A stretch of DNA of 64,000 nt from Acidobacteriota bacterium. Its GTDB lineage: Bacteria > Acidobacteriota > Aminicenantia > S016-38. How positions within the stretch are numbered: the first letter of the stretch is position 1; each line of letters opens with the position of its first letter. The stretch covers positions 1,189 through 65,188 of the forward strand of contig WFSJ01000025.1 of assembly GCA_015486055.1 (NCBI GenBank), written 5' to 3'. The notes under the pieces were generated by a model. That model did no database searches, was not told the origin of the DNA, and worked only from the letters and a program-made list of their open reading frames with translations. The position numbers and the translations under genes are program-made. Positions 29,289 through 39,252 of this stretch are shown here, piece by piece.

Positions 29289-29823
29289 GCTTTACCAACC
29301 CTGCTGTTACAAGGCCATATAGGATTTTACCAACCTCAAATACAGGAAGTCTTACTTCTTCAGCTATCTGCCTTATAGTTTTCTTTCCGTCTATTTTAGA
29401 AATTATAAGCCATTCTGAAGTGTTAAGGGTCATTTTCCTTTTGTCATTTATATCAAAAATTGTGAAATGCGGCACTGCCTGAACAGATTTTATCTTCCTC
29501 TGAAGAACTTTCCATTCATCAAGTCTCTTCGCCGCTTCCATCATAAGGGAAGCATTTGGTTTTTTTATGCTCCGCTTTGGGGGAGGGACATCTGGTTCAA
29601 ACATAAACTCACCTTTAGACCAGGGAGCTATCTTGTAGACAGCAAATTCCCCCTCTATATCCCCAACTTCTGCGTGGACTATTTCTCCCTCTTCCAAGTA
29701 AACATAACCCACTTCGTTTTCTTCCTCATTTTTCAAGATAAATCTTCCTGTTTTTCCCTGCATACTCATAACTTGAACAAGATCAGGAAGTTGAAGATCT
29801 TTCAAAGAACCTTTCATAGCCAT
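29269..29823 (-). CDS. DUF4388 domain protein
   Basis: LKDLQLPDLVQVMSMQGKTGRFIL...GEIVHAE...GEFAVYKIAPWSKGEFMFE matches the DUF4388 pattern. Confidence 0.6.
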   Translation of the reverse strand: MAMKGSLKDLQLPDLVQVMSMQGKTGRFILKNEEENEVGYVYLEEGEIVHAEVGDIEGEFAVYKIAPWSKGEFMFEPDVPPPKRSIKKPNASLMMEAAKRLDEWKVLQRKIKSVQAVPHFTIFDINDKRKMTLNTSEWLIISKIDGKKTIRQIAEEVRLPVFEVGKILYGLVTAGLVKLGNEEG

Positions 29824-29865
29824 AGTGTCCCTCTCATATTCTATTGAATAATAATTTTATCATAC

Positions 29866-31155
29866 TCAATTGAATTTTGTCAAAATTTCCTTTGCAGCGT
29901 CCTTGTGCACAAGGATAGTGAGCATTTTAAGCTTGATATAATCCTCCCTGTAAAAGTAATACCCCTTAAATTTTCCCCATCTTGAGCTTCTTGCAGAATC
30001 CTTTATAAGAAACCAGTCCCAGTCTCCTATACGTTTATAACCGATAAGATGAATTCCATGGTCATCTGTTGTGGTATGATTGTAAATCCTGTATTCCCTT
30101 GAGCTCTGGTCTATATACTGTGGTGGAATATCAAAAGTAGGGATTACTGCTGCATCTTCTTTCCCGTTATAGCCGGGTTCGCTGACATCCCCACCTATAG
30201 CTATACTATAACCATGGGTTATCGCATATTTTATTATTTGATAGAAATCCTTCAGGGGAACATTATAATAATCTTTACTCCTTCTCCAGTTATCTGGAAC
30301 ATCAAATGTACCTTTCTTGTAAAAGGGCTGAGAAAGAGTGGACATAAAACTTACATAATCGGCAAGGTTTAATCTCAAAACTTCCTTAAGAAACTGCTTA
30401 GGAGTATATTTCCTGCCATTATATTGAAATTTCTCAGGGGGTTTTCCCATATACTTGTTAAGGATTAGTCTTATGTGAGGGATAATCAACTTTTCATCCC
30501 AGTAGTTCTTATCTCTACAGAAATTAAGATAATCTTTCATCTCCTTGAACATAAGATAATGGTCAAACCGTCCATCCTTCGCAAGAACTCCCCTGTAAGC
30601 TGAAAGGGGAACTATTCCATATTTTCTCCATATTCTTTGCACAGCATCCGATTCAGAGCCCTGTCCGAATTCAGAATTACCTCTTTCCCTCACAAATCTT
30701 CTTGCCTTCTCTATGTATTCGTAATAGGCAGTCCACATCTCTGAAAGCTTAATTTTTTGGCCAGTTAGTCTATATACTTCGGATTCAAAGAAGGATGTGG
30801 TTGAAAAATCCCAGCAGGTTCCAGTAAGATACTGAGCAACAGGGGGAAAATGAAAAACCTGTTTGAATTCAGAGGGAGAGGACGGTTTTTTCATTCCTTC
30901 AAAGCTGAACCTGAGGACTTTTCTATTTTCCCTCTTTTTCTTTTTTGCCTCTCTGTATTTTTTGTCTATCTCCTCTGTTTTTTTCTGTTCCTCCTTGAGG
31001 AGTTTTTTGTCCCTATCCATCATTTCCTTTATAACAGGTGAAACATACCGCTTCTCATAGTAGGCTTTATTCTTCCTGATTTTCTTCCCTGCGTAAGCAT
31101 TTCCGCCTAAAAAGCTCATAAGGACAATAAGAAAAATCCCATTAATTTTTTTCAT
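29866..31155 (-). CDS. secreted papain-family (C1, aminopeptidase C / bleomycin hydrolase-like) cysteine peptidase
   Basis: It has a signal peptide, the active-site Cys block QYLTGTCWDFSTTS, and His in DHGIHLIGY. The N-terminal linker is K/E-rich. Confidence 0.7.
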   Translation of the reverse strand: MKKINGIFLIVLMSFLGGNAYAGKKIRKNKAYYEKRYVSPVIKEMMDRDKKLLKEEQKKTEEIDKKYREAKKKKRENRKVLRFSFEGMKKPSSPSEFKQVFHFPPVAQYLTGTCWDFSTTSFFESEVYRLTGQKIKLSEMWTAYYEYIEKARRFVRERGNSEFGQGSESDAVQRIWRKYGIVPLSAYRGVLAKDGRFDHYLMFKEMKDYLNFCRDKNYWDEKLIIPHIRLILNKYMGKPPEKFQYNGRKYTPKQFLKEVLRLNLADYVSFMSTLSQPFYKKGTFDVPDNWRRSKDYYNVPLKDFYQIIKYAITHGYSIAIGGDVSEPGYNGKEDAAVIPTFDIPPQYIDQSSREYRIYNHTTTDDHGIHLIGYKRIGDWDWFLIKDSARSSRWGKFKGYYFYREDYIKLKMLTILVHKDAAKEILTKFN

Positions 31156-31268
31156 TTTATACCTCCTTTTTCCTGCATTTTTTACATAGAGAAATATGTA
31201 TTGAATGTCCTTTTATCTTGAAAATATCCACAAGCTCTTTCATATTCACAAAAAAGAAATACCACCAT

Positions 31269-31292
31269 AAAAAAATAAAGTCAAATTGACTT
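31269..31292 (-). terminator. possible weak rho-independent terminator after the DUF2061 gene
   Basis: The AAGTCAA-TT-TGACTT inverted repeat overlaps the stop. It is followed on the minus strand by TATTTTTTTAT. The AT-rich stem makes it weak. Confidence 0.3.
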
Positions 31293-31590
31293 AATCCATA
31301 TACCCAAGGTCCTTCAATAGCTTCTTAATTAACTCCTTATCCTCATCTGTTATCGGCTTCTTCACAGGAATGTCTTCAAGAGGGTGATAATTCTTACCAA
31401 AGGGAATTAAAGTCCATATCCTCTCGTGAACATAATAAACAATTAATTTCACTGCTACATCAAGAATCCCTATTCCAACTGCTAATTTCAACCTGCTGGT
31501 AAAAATAAAAACAAGACTCCCTGTGACAATAGAAGCTATTATCCTCCAGCTTATAGCCTTTACAAGGCTTCTTATCTTTTTCTCTTTCAC
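31291..31590 (-). CDS. DUF2061 membrane protein
   Basis: SLVKAISWRIIASIVTG...VKLIVYYVHERIWT matches the DUF2061 pattern. Confidence 0.65.
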   Translation of the reverse strand: MKEKKIRSLVKAISWRIIASIVTGSLVFIFTSRLKLAVGIGILDVAVKLIVYYVHERIWTLIPFGKNYHPLEDIPVKKPITDEDKELIKKLLKDLGYMD

Positions 31591-31640
31591 CTTTTAATTT
31601 TCTCTCAAATTTCCTATTGTGTCAATTGTATAATTCAAGG

Positions 31641-33023
31641 GTGAGGATTTTTATAACTGCAATTTCAGGAACTGCAACAGCTTCCCTTGCTTCAATACTA
31701 ATTGAGGCAGGGCATAAGGTTTACGGTTCAGACAGGGAGTTCTATCCCCCGATGGGAGATTTTGTAAAATCTCTCCCTGTAAAATTATATGAAGGATTCT
31801 CCCCAAAAAACATAGAGAATTCCCTGCCTCTTGACGGACTTATAGCTGGCAATCTTGTATCATCTTCCAATACGGAGATTCAAAGGGCAATAGAGCTTGG
31901 AGTGGAGATTCTCTCAACCCCTGAAGCTCTATATCACTTTATAATTAAGAATAAGAAAAGAATAGTTGTTGCCGGAACACATGGTAAAACCACGACTTCT
32001 TCTCTTCTTGCATGGGGAATGGAAATTGCAGAAAAAAATCCCGGGTTTTTAATAGGGGGAATTCCCAATAACTTTGGCAAAAGCGGAAGACCAGGTGAGG
32101 AATGGTTCATAGTAGAAGGAGACGAGTATGAAACTTCTTTCTTTGACAAAGGGCCAAAATTTGCCCATCTTTTCCCTCATTATTTAATTCTTGGCCCGGT
32201 TGAGATGGACCATTATGACATTTACGAGACCTTTGATGCTGTAAAAAAGAGCTTTTCCTTGCTTGTTTCTTTAGTTCCGGAAAGCGGCATGGTTATCTCA
32301 TACTCAAGCCTTGCTAACAAAGAAATAATCAAAAAAGCAAAATGTCCAGTTATCTTTTATCCCTCTAAGAACTTAACTTATGAGAATTTGAAGATAAGCG
32401 AAAATGAAGTTGAGTTTGACCTTATTATAGAAGGGAAAAATCTAGGTAAATTCTCGAGCCAGCTCCCGAGCTCTCTTACAGCTTTAAATTTCCTGCCCGC
32501 AGCTTATATCCTATGGAAGCTTGGAGCAAAGGAGAAAACCATCAGGGAAGCATTTGGCACCTTTAAGGGAGTAAAAAGGAGAATGGAACTCCTTCTTCAG
32601 AGGAGGAATCTTCTTTTTTTCACTGATTTTGCACATCATCCAACATCCCTGAGGGCAAACCTTGAAGATTTAAGGAAGAGATTCAGAACCTGGAATATAA
32701 TAGCCATCCTTGAGCCAAAAAGTTGGACAATGAGAAGCAGTTTATTCCAGAAAAGGATTCCTGAAGCGCTATCACCCGCTAACCACTCAATAATAACTCC
32801 CCCACCCTCAGGTCCTCTTAAAAAGGGGATTCCTCTTGACAGGGGAAAAATCTGCAGAGTTATATCCTCAATTGGAAAGAACGCCCTATGTCCCAACAGA
32901 TGGGATGAAATTTACAAATTTATACCGCAATTGATCAGGGAAAAAACTATTATCGTTCTTTTTTCTAATGGAAATATAAGAGAAAAGACAGAAAAAATAA
33001 AGGAAGTTCTTTCCCAAATTTAA
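31641..33023 (+). CDS. mpl: UDP-N-acetylmuramate:L-alanyl-gamma-D-glutamyl-meso-DAP ligase (murein peptide ligase, Mur ligase family)
   Basis: YPPMGDF, GTHGKTTTSS, FFDKGPKF, FAHHPTS and LEPKSWTM match E. coli Mpl blocks. The likely start is the GTG at 31641 (MRIFITAISGTA); the ORF track begins at a TTG at 31617. Confidence 0.8.
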   Translation: MRIFITAISGTATASLASILIEAGHKVYGSDREFYPPMGDFVKSLPVKLYEGFSPKNIENSLPLDGLIAGNLVSSSNTEIQRAIELGVEILSTPEALYHFIIKNKKRIVVAGTHGKTTTSSLLAWGMEIAEKNPGFLIGGIPNNFGKSGRPGEEWFIVEGDEYETSFFDKGPKFAHLFPHYLILGPVEMDHYDIYETFDAVKKSFSLLVSLVPESGMVISYSSLANKEIIKKAKCPVIFYPSKNLTYENLKISENEVEFDLIIEGKNLGKFSSQLPSSLTALNFLPAAYILWKLGAKEKTIREAFGTFKGVKRRMELLLQRRNLLFFTDFAHHPTSLRANLEDLRKRFRTWNIIAILEPKSWTMRSSLFQKRIPEALSPANHSIITPPPSGPLKKGIPLDRGKICRVISSIGKNALCPNRWDEIYKFIPQLIREKTIIVLFSNGNIREKTEKIKEVLSQI

Positions 33024-33053
33024 ATCTGTTATACTCTATCCTCGGAGAGAAAA

Positions 33054-34856
33054 ATGTGCGGAATATTCGGGATAGTTTACAGCGAAGAAAAGAACAACCT
33101 CGGCGAGTGCCTTATGAAGGCGGCAAGAAGGCTTGTCTATAGGGGTTATGACTCTGCTGGATTTGTTGGAATAAGCGAGGAGGGCAAAATTGACCTTAGA
33201 AAGGATGCAGGGAAACTTGATAAAATAGCTAAAAAATTGAAATTTCAGGAAATAAAAGGAAAAAGGGGAATTATTCAGCTCAGGTGGGCAACTTTTGGGA
33301 TACCCAAGAAGGAAAATGCTCAACCCCATGTAGACTGCAAGAAAAGGCTGGTTTCCGCCCACAATGGCAACGTTGTAAATACAGGAGAGCTAATAAGGGA
33401 ACTTACATTTAAAGGGCATAGCTTTATGGGGGACAACGACGGTGAAGTTGTTTGCCATACAGTAGAAGACTTCTTCAACGTTGATCATAACCTCGGAAAA
33501 TCAATAATGAAAGCATATAGGATTTTAAGGGGGGACTACTCCTATATTATAGCTGATTCAAAGGAGAAAGGAATGTTCGCAGTAAAAAAAGGTTCCTCTC
33601 TTTTCCTTGGAATAGGGAAAGATTTTACCTGTGCTTCTTCTGATCTCCCATCAATTCTTCCCTTCACAAAAAGATATATTCCCCTCTACGATGGCGAATT
33701 TGCCGAATTCCATAGTTCGTCCTATAAAATAATGTCCCTTGAAACTGGAGAAAGAATAGAAAGGGAGGAATTAATATACAAAGGAGATATTTCTCAGGCA
33801 GAAAAAGGAGGATTCCCACATTTTATGATAAAGGAGATAAAAGAACAGCCAAGGACCGTAAACGGAATAATTTCTTACCTAAATGATTCAGGGGAAGCTT
33901 TGGAATATGGAAAGCAGATAAGGAAATCAAGGAAAGCATTTCTCATTGGTTCGGGTTCCTCTTACCACGCATCATTAATGGGGAGTTATTTCCTCAACAG
34001 GATAGGGAGAAAATTCTCAATCCCTGTGGTTTCAGGAGAATTCAAAGAACTTTTCGGGAATACCCTTAACAAAAGGGACAGCTTTATTTTAGTGAGCCAG
34101 AGCGGCGAGACAAAGGATACAATTAATGTGCTAAACTATCTTCAGGAAAGAGGATTTGAGAACTTATACTCATTTGTCAATATCCCCGGTTCAACCCTTT
34201 ACTTAAGAACAAAAAAGAGATTCCCAGTAATGTCCGAGCTTGAGATAAGCGTAGCTGCAACAAAAACCTTTCTGAATCAAGCAGTGGGATTCGTTGGACT
34301 TTCAGCCTTAATTGGTGGGAGAAATGATATCCTGAAGGAAATTTCCCTTCTTCCCGGACTCTTGGAGGAAACAATAGGGAAATCTGAGGTCTTCTGCGAA
34401 AATTTAGCTGAGGAATTAAAAAGCTCCCTCTCAATATATATTCTTGGATATGGGCCCAATCATCCAGCAGCCCTTGAAGGCGCTCTTAAAATAAAGGAAG
34501 TTTCCTACATCCATGGAGAGGCTTATTATTCCACTGAGTTCAAGCATGGTCCTCTTGCATTGATTGAAGAAGGGAATCCCGTTATTTTCCTCTCTTCAAG
34601 GGAAGACTCTGAAAAGATAATATCGGCGATAAACGAGGTCAGGGTAAGAAAGGGGAAGATAATTTCAATCTCCCCTGAAAATTCCTCCATAAGATTGAAT
34701 TCCGATGTTTTTATTCCACTTCCCTACGAGAATTACACAATGACCCCGCTTCTTTCCGTTGCTGTCCTTCAGCTCCTCGCATATTATCTATCTGTTAAAA
34801 GGGATATTGACCCTGATACGCCAAGGAATCTTTCTAAAACGATAACAGTGGACTGA
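33054..34856 (+). CDS. glmS: glutamine-fructose-6-phosphate aminotransferase (isomerising)
   Basis: Starts MCGIFG with an Ntn Cys2, carries two SIS domains, and ends TVD. Length is 600 aa. Confidence 0.95.
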   Translation: MCGIFGIVYSEEKNNLGECLMKAARRLVYRGYDSAGFVGISEEGKIDLRKDAGKLDKIAKKLKFQEIKGKRGIIQLRWATFGIPKKENAQPHVDCKKRLVSAHNGNVVNTGELIRELTFKGHSFMGDNDGEVVCHTVEDFFNVDHNLGKSIMKAYRILRGDYSYIIADSKEKGMFAVKKGSSLFLGIGKDFTCASSDLPSILPFTKRYIPLYDGEFAEFHSSSYKIMSLETGERIEREELIYKGDISQAEKGGFPHFMIKEIKEQPRTVNGIISYLNDSGEALEYGKQIRKSRKAFLIGSGSSYHASLMGSYFLNRIGRKFSIPVVSGEFKELFGNTLNKRDSFILVSQSGETKDTINVLNYLQERGFENLYSFVNIPGSTLYLRTKKRFPVMSELEISVAATKTFLNQAVGFVGLSALIGGRNDILKEISLLPGLLEETIGKSEVFCENLAEELKSSLSIYILGYGPNHPAALEGALKIKEVSYIHGEAYYSTEFKHGPLALIEEGNPVIFLSSREDSEKIISAINEVRVRKGKIISISPENSSIRLNSDVFIPLPYENYTMTPLLSVAVLQLLAYYLSVKRDIDPDTPRNLSKTITVD

Positions 34857-34857
34857 G

Positions 34858-35904
34858 ATGGAAGCATTCATACTGCTAATGCTCATTTTTCTCCTTCTGT
34901 TCATAGTTCTTTTTGCATTCGTCACGATAGAGAACAAAAGAAGGGATGAAGAGGTGAGTAGTTCTCTCAATACATTTTCTGAAAGCCTGAAAAAAGAAGT
35001 CATTGAGATAATCTCACCCGTGAAGGAAAGGCTTGACTCAACAAAGCAAAGTCTTGGAGAGACGATATCAGACCTTAAGGAAGAAACAAAAAGAACAGTT
35101 GAGGAACTCGGAAATGCAAGGGTCACCCTTGAAAGGCTCTCTTCTGAAAACAGGAGAGTCCAGGAAATCACGGAAAAATTGGGGGATCTTTTCCGCTCCA
35201 CAAAGGAGAGGGGAACAATCGGAGAATTTCTCCTTGAGAATATACTTTCAAGCTTCCTCCCGGACTACATGTGGGAAAGGCAATTTTCTATAGGTTCTGA
35301 AACCGAGAGAGTAGATGCTGTGGTGAAGTTTAAGAACATGGTCGTTCCTATAGATTCAAAATTCCCAAGGGAAAGTTATCTCAACTTTGCAAACTCCCAA
35401 GGAGAAGAGAGCAAAAGGAAATGGAAGGACTTTAAGAACGCCATCAAAAACAAAATAAAAGATATATCAGAGAAATATATAAGACCAGGTGAAGGGACAT
35501 CAAACTATGCCATAATGTTTGTGCCCTCTGAACCAGTTCATTCCATAATAAGCTCTTCTAATGACCCATTTGGGGAAAGAAATGACATTTGGGACTTTGC
35601 AGTTTCAAAGAGGGTAATATTGGCAGGGCCTTACAGTCTTCTTGCGATAATTTCCTCTCTCTTAGCATTCAACGAAGCAGAAACTATTGGAAAGAAAATA
35701 AATCTGATCTATAGAGCAATAAACGGAGCCTTAGAAAGAATGGAAAGTATCGAAAAGGTTATGACAATCGCAAAAAAGCAGCTCAAAAGTTCACTTGAAA
35801 ATATATCACGGGTAGAAAACGAGATAGAAAAAGCAAAATATTCCCTCAACATAGCCAAACAAGAGGAAAAAGTATTACCTGATAATCAGACTCCCTCCGA
35901 ATAA
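34858..35904 (+). CDS. rmuC: DNA recombination protein RmuC
   Basis: An N-terminal TM helix and coiled coil are followed by the RmuC nuclease-like core (ERGTIGEFLLENIL...VDAVV...VPIDSKFP). Confidence 0.8.
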   Translation: MEAFILLMLIFLLLFIVLFAFVTIENKRRDEEVSSSLNTFSESLKKEVIEIISPVKERLDSTKQSLGETISDLKEETKRTVEELGNARVTLERLSSENRRVQEITEKLGDLFRSTKERGTIGEFLLENILSSFLPDYMWERQFSIGSETERVDAVVKFKNMVVPIDSKFPRESYLNFANSQGEESKRKWKDFKNAIKNKIKDISEKYIRPGEGTSNYAIMFVPSEPVHSIISSSNDPFGERNDIWDFAVSKRVILAGPYSLLAIISSLLAFNEAETIGKKINLIYRAINGALERMESIEKVMTIAKKQLKSSLENISRVENEIEKAKYSLNIAKQEEKVLPDNQTPSE

Positions 35905-35921
35905 ACTACCTTTCCTATCAC

Positions 35922-37418
35922 TTATTTCATTTTCTCCCAGATGGCTATCTCTATTATCCTATAGTCTGGAGAAAGTGATGTTATATCCCTTGAAAAATTA
36001 TATGTCCAGCCTAAAGATGGGAGAGGGCCTGCTGCCTGCGTTGTAACGAGAAATCGTGATGATAATGTCCCGAATCCCTGCGCCTGCTTCAATAAATTTT
36101 CACTGTCCCCTCCCTGAGAATCTACTGGAACCCAGCCATAATTAGGGAAATAAACCTCGCTCCAGCGATGAAACACCCAGTCATAGCCTGTTCCCCTTTC
36201 AACAACAGCCCCAACATATCTTGCAGGAATTCCTGCTGCTCTCAAAAGTGAGATGAAGCTGAATGTATATTCAGAGCAGGAACCAGAGCCCCTCTTAAGA
36301 ACAACAGGAGCAGGGTTCCATCCCCCTGCAAGTTCATAGTGAAGCTTCTGTCCTATATACTGATATATTTTCCTTACTTTTCTGTAGTAATTCCTCTCAT
36401 TTCCGAGAATTTCTTTTACTGTTTCCCTTATATACGGATTATTTACATCGTATTTTTCTCCATCATTTAGATAGATCCTTTTTACATTTTCAGGGATCTC
36501 GCCATTTACAGATTCAGGGCTCATGAAATAGTGAATAGGATATAGCTTTGATTCTACAATAACAGAACACACCTTTTTCTCGCCAGGTTTTATGTTTACT
36601 AACCTGCAATCCATTATCTTTTGCTCATCCTCCAATCTATATCTTACTTTCGGATAAATATTAAGAATTTCCTGGAAATTCCTGTTTTCCGGTATAGCAA
36701 AATGCATAGTAGCTTCTCTTATACCTTTCCCACCGGCAACTATCCCCTGAGTAAGTGTTATCTTCCACTTTTTTCCCTCTCCCCTTATGAATTTATTCCT
36801 GAAGAAGGAGTTTATATCCACTTTCTCAACTTTCTTCTCAGCAAAGTCTGCTATCGTTGCAATTCCATCTTTATAGCTTATTCCTGTTGGTTTCTCCCCT
36901 TTATATGGAAAGTAATTCAAAAGCCATCCTGTTTCAGGGTCAAATTGATAGATCAGCCTGAGCTTTGAATCCACTCCCCACAGGTATCCATTTCCGTAGT
37001 CAAGGGCAGATATTGTCCACGAAGGAGAAGGAAACGAGAAATAATCAGTTCCGTCCTCTGAAGAAATTCTATAAATTTTCCTGGGGGACGCAACCCAAAG
37101 GGCCTTTCTATCGCCATCCCAAGCTATTCCCACAAGAGATGAAGACGGGGGCTCCAGAACCTTTGCGTAATTTCCATTCCTGTCGATAGCAACAATTTTA
37201 TTTTCCATCCTTGAGCATACCCAGAAATATTTGCCATCGTATGTTATATCAGTCGGTATAATAAGTCCTGTCTCTATTTGTTTCCCATTGACTAAAATAG
37301 AAGAAGTATTAAGGTCAAGTAATGCCTTTACCCCGTCTTTCCAGTAAATTCCCGCAGGGTATTTCAACCCTGCAGCAAGGGACAAAACGAAAACTATAAA
37401 CGCAAGTGCCTTTTTCAT
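35922..37418 (-). CDS. secreted transglutaminase-like cysteine protease domain protein with an N-terminal beta-propeller-like region
   Basis: It has a signal peptide. The C-terminal core GSCSEYTFSFISLLRAAGIPARYV...VFHRWSEVYFPNYGWVPVDS carries the Cys-His-Asp transglutaminase triad. Confidence 0.7.
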   Translation of the reverse strand: MKKALAFIVFVLSLAAGLKYPAGIYWKDGVKALLDLNTSSILVNGKQIETGLIIPTDITYDGKYFWVCSRMENKIVAIDRNGNYAKVLEPPSSSLVGIAWDGDRKALWVASPRKIYRISSEDGTDYFSFPSPSWTISALDYGNGYLWGVDSKLRLIYQFDPETGWLLNYFPYKGEKPTGISYKDGIATIADFAEKKVEKVDINSFFRNKFIRGEGKKWKITLTQGIVAGGKGIREATMHFAIPENRNFQEILNIYPKVRYRLEDEQKIMDCRLVNIKPGEKKVCSVIVESKLYPIHYFMSPESVNGEIPENVKRIYLNDGEKYDVNNPYIRETVKEILGNERNYYRKVRKIYQYIGQKLHYELAGGWNPAPVVLKRGSGSCSEYTFSFISLLRAAGIPARYVGAVVERGTGYDWVFHRWSEVYFPNYGWVPVDSQGGDSENLLKQAQGFGTLSSRFLVTTQAAGPLPSLGWTYNFSRDITSLSPDYRIIEIAIWEKMK

Positions 37419-37504
37419 TTTTTACCTCCCAAATTGAGTTTAGACAGATTTTTCCCAATTTTCAAGAGTTTGAGGGAGCATTTTTTTTGTTGTAGTATAA
37501 TCTT

Positions 37505-38911
37505 ATGCCAAAAAAGTTCCTTATTTACAATACATTGTCGGGAAGGATTGAAGAGTTCGTTCCTTTAAAAGAAGGAGTTGTAAAAATGTACACCTGCGGA
37601 CCCACTGTTTATGATTACGCCCACATAGGAAATTTCAGGAGCTATATAGCAGAGGACCTTCTTAAAAGATTCCTCAGATTCCTCGGTTATAAAGTTATAC
37701 ATACTATGAACATAACAGATGTAGATGATAAAACAATAACAGGCGCAAGAACACAGGGAACATCCCTTAAGGAGTTCACCGCTAAATACGAGAAGGCATT
37801 TTTTGAGGACATAGATAAACTAAGGATCAGCAAGGCTGATTATTATCCAAGAGCGACAGAGAATATTGACGGTATGATCAAGATAATTCAGGGACTCCTT
37901 GATAAAGGCTATGCCTATGAAAAGGAAGGATCGATCTATTACAGGATTTCTTCCTTCCCTGAATACGGAAAGCTCTCAAAAATAAAGAAAGAGGATCTTA
38001 AAAAGGGGATAAGGATAGAATCAGATGAATATGAGAAGGAAAATGCAAGGGATTTTTCCCTCTGGAAGGCGAAAAAGCCAGGCGAACCTTTCTGGAAAGC
38101 TCCTTTTGGAGAAGGAAGGCCAGGATGGCACATAGAATGCTCCACAATGAGCATGAAATACTTCGGTCCCACCCTTGATATTCACGCAGGAGGGGTTGAC
38201 AATATATTTCCACACCACGAAAACGAAATAGCCCAGTCAGAGGCATATACTGGAAAACCCTTCGTAAGATACTGGTTTCACATTCAGCATTTAATTGTAA
38301 ATGGTGAAAAAATGAGCAAGTCAAAGGGAAATTTTTATACGCTCAGAGACCTCCTATCAATGGGATTTTCTCCAAGAGCAATAAGATACCTCCTCCTCTC
38401 GGCCCATTACAGAAAGATCCTGAATTTTACCTTCGATGCCCTTTATCAAGCAGCAGCCTCTCTTAAAAGGATAACGGATTTCCTTTTTGAACTTGAAACA
38501 AAGGAATTTGATGAGGGAAAAACAGGGGAAGCGGAAAAAATGGTAAGGGAAACGAGGAAAAAATTTACCGATTCACTCGCAGATGATCTCAATATTTCCT
38601 CTGCTATGGGGGCAATCTTTAATCTAATTCACTGGGGAAATAAGGCTCTTGAGGAAGGGAAGCTAAAAAAAGAAGATACAAGGAAAATAAAATCCATGTT
38701 CTACGAATTTGACAGAGTCCTTGCGGTCCTTCCAGAACAGATAATAGAGGAACTTCCCGAGGAAATTATGGAGCTGATAAAAAAGAGGGAAGAGGCAAGA
38801 AAAAACATGGATTTTGCGACCTCAGATGCCATAAGGGATGAACTCTTTAAAAGAGGAATAATCCTTGAGGATACAAAGGAAGGAACCAGATGGAAAATGA
38901 TAAAAAAATAA
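37505..38911 (+). CDS. cysS: cysteine-tRNA ligase
   Basis: Contains the class I HIGN motif (AHIGNFRSY) and KMSKS. Length is 468 aa. Confidence 0.95.
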   Translation: MPKKFLIYNTLSGRIEEFVPLKEGVVKMYTCGPTVYDYAHIGNFRSYIAEDLLKRFLRFLGYKVIHTMNITDVDDKTITGARTQGTSLKEFTAKYEKAFFEDIDKLRISKADYYPRATENIDGMIKIIQGLLDKGYAYEKEGSIYYRISSFPEYGKLSKIKKEDLKKGIRIESDEYEKENARDFSLWKAKKPGEPFWKAPFGEGRPGWHIECSTMSMKYFGPTLDIHAGGVDNIFPHHENEIAQSEAYTGKPFVRYWFHIQHLIVNGEKMSKSKGNFYTLRDLLSMGFSPRAIRYLLLSAHYRKILNFTFDALYQAAASLKRITDFLFELETKEFDEGKTGEAEKMVRETRKKFTDSLADDLNISSAMGAIFNLIHWGNKALEEGKLKKEDTRKIKSMFYEFDRVLAVLPEQIIEELPEEIMELIKKREEARKNMDFATSDAIRDELFKRGIILEDTKEGTRWKMIKK

Positions 38912-39252
38912 ATCTTGGAAAGGAAGGGGAAAAGGAAGCAGCGAAATTCCTCAAGAAAAAGGGATACAAGATTCTTGACAGGAACTTCAGAGTAAAGGGA
39001 GGAGAACTTGATATAGTGGCAGAGAAAAGTGGGGAAATCGTATTCGTGGAGGTGAAAGCAAGGAGTTCGGATAAATTCATGGAGCCTGTTGAGGCAATTA
39101 CCCCCAAAAAAAGAAAAAGCCTGAGGAAAGCGGCTGAAATTTTCCTCCTTTCTAAAAAACTTGACCTCAACCCATGCAGATTTGATGTAATAACCATAAT
39201 AAAGAAAGCAGGAAAGAGCAAAATAGAACATCTGGAGAATGTCTATATATGA
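38890..39252 (+). CDS. yraN: YraN family (UPF0102) endonuclease
   Basis: GEKEAAKFLKKKGYKIL..NFR...GELDIVA...VFVEVK matches the UPF0102 pattern. Confidence 0.75.
   Translation: MENDKKINLGKEGEKEAAKFLKKKGYKILDRNFRVKGGELDIVAEKSGEIVFVEVKARSSDKFMEPVEAITPKKRKSLRKAAEIFLLSKKLDLNPCRFDVITIIKKAGKSKIEHLENVYI

Noticed and set aside
37419-37504. Possible T-box or leader upstream of cysS
   Set aside because: The region is only 86 bp, and a TATAAT sits 4 nt before the ATG, suggesting a leaderless or very short leader. This is far too short for a T-box riboswitch.
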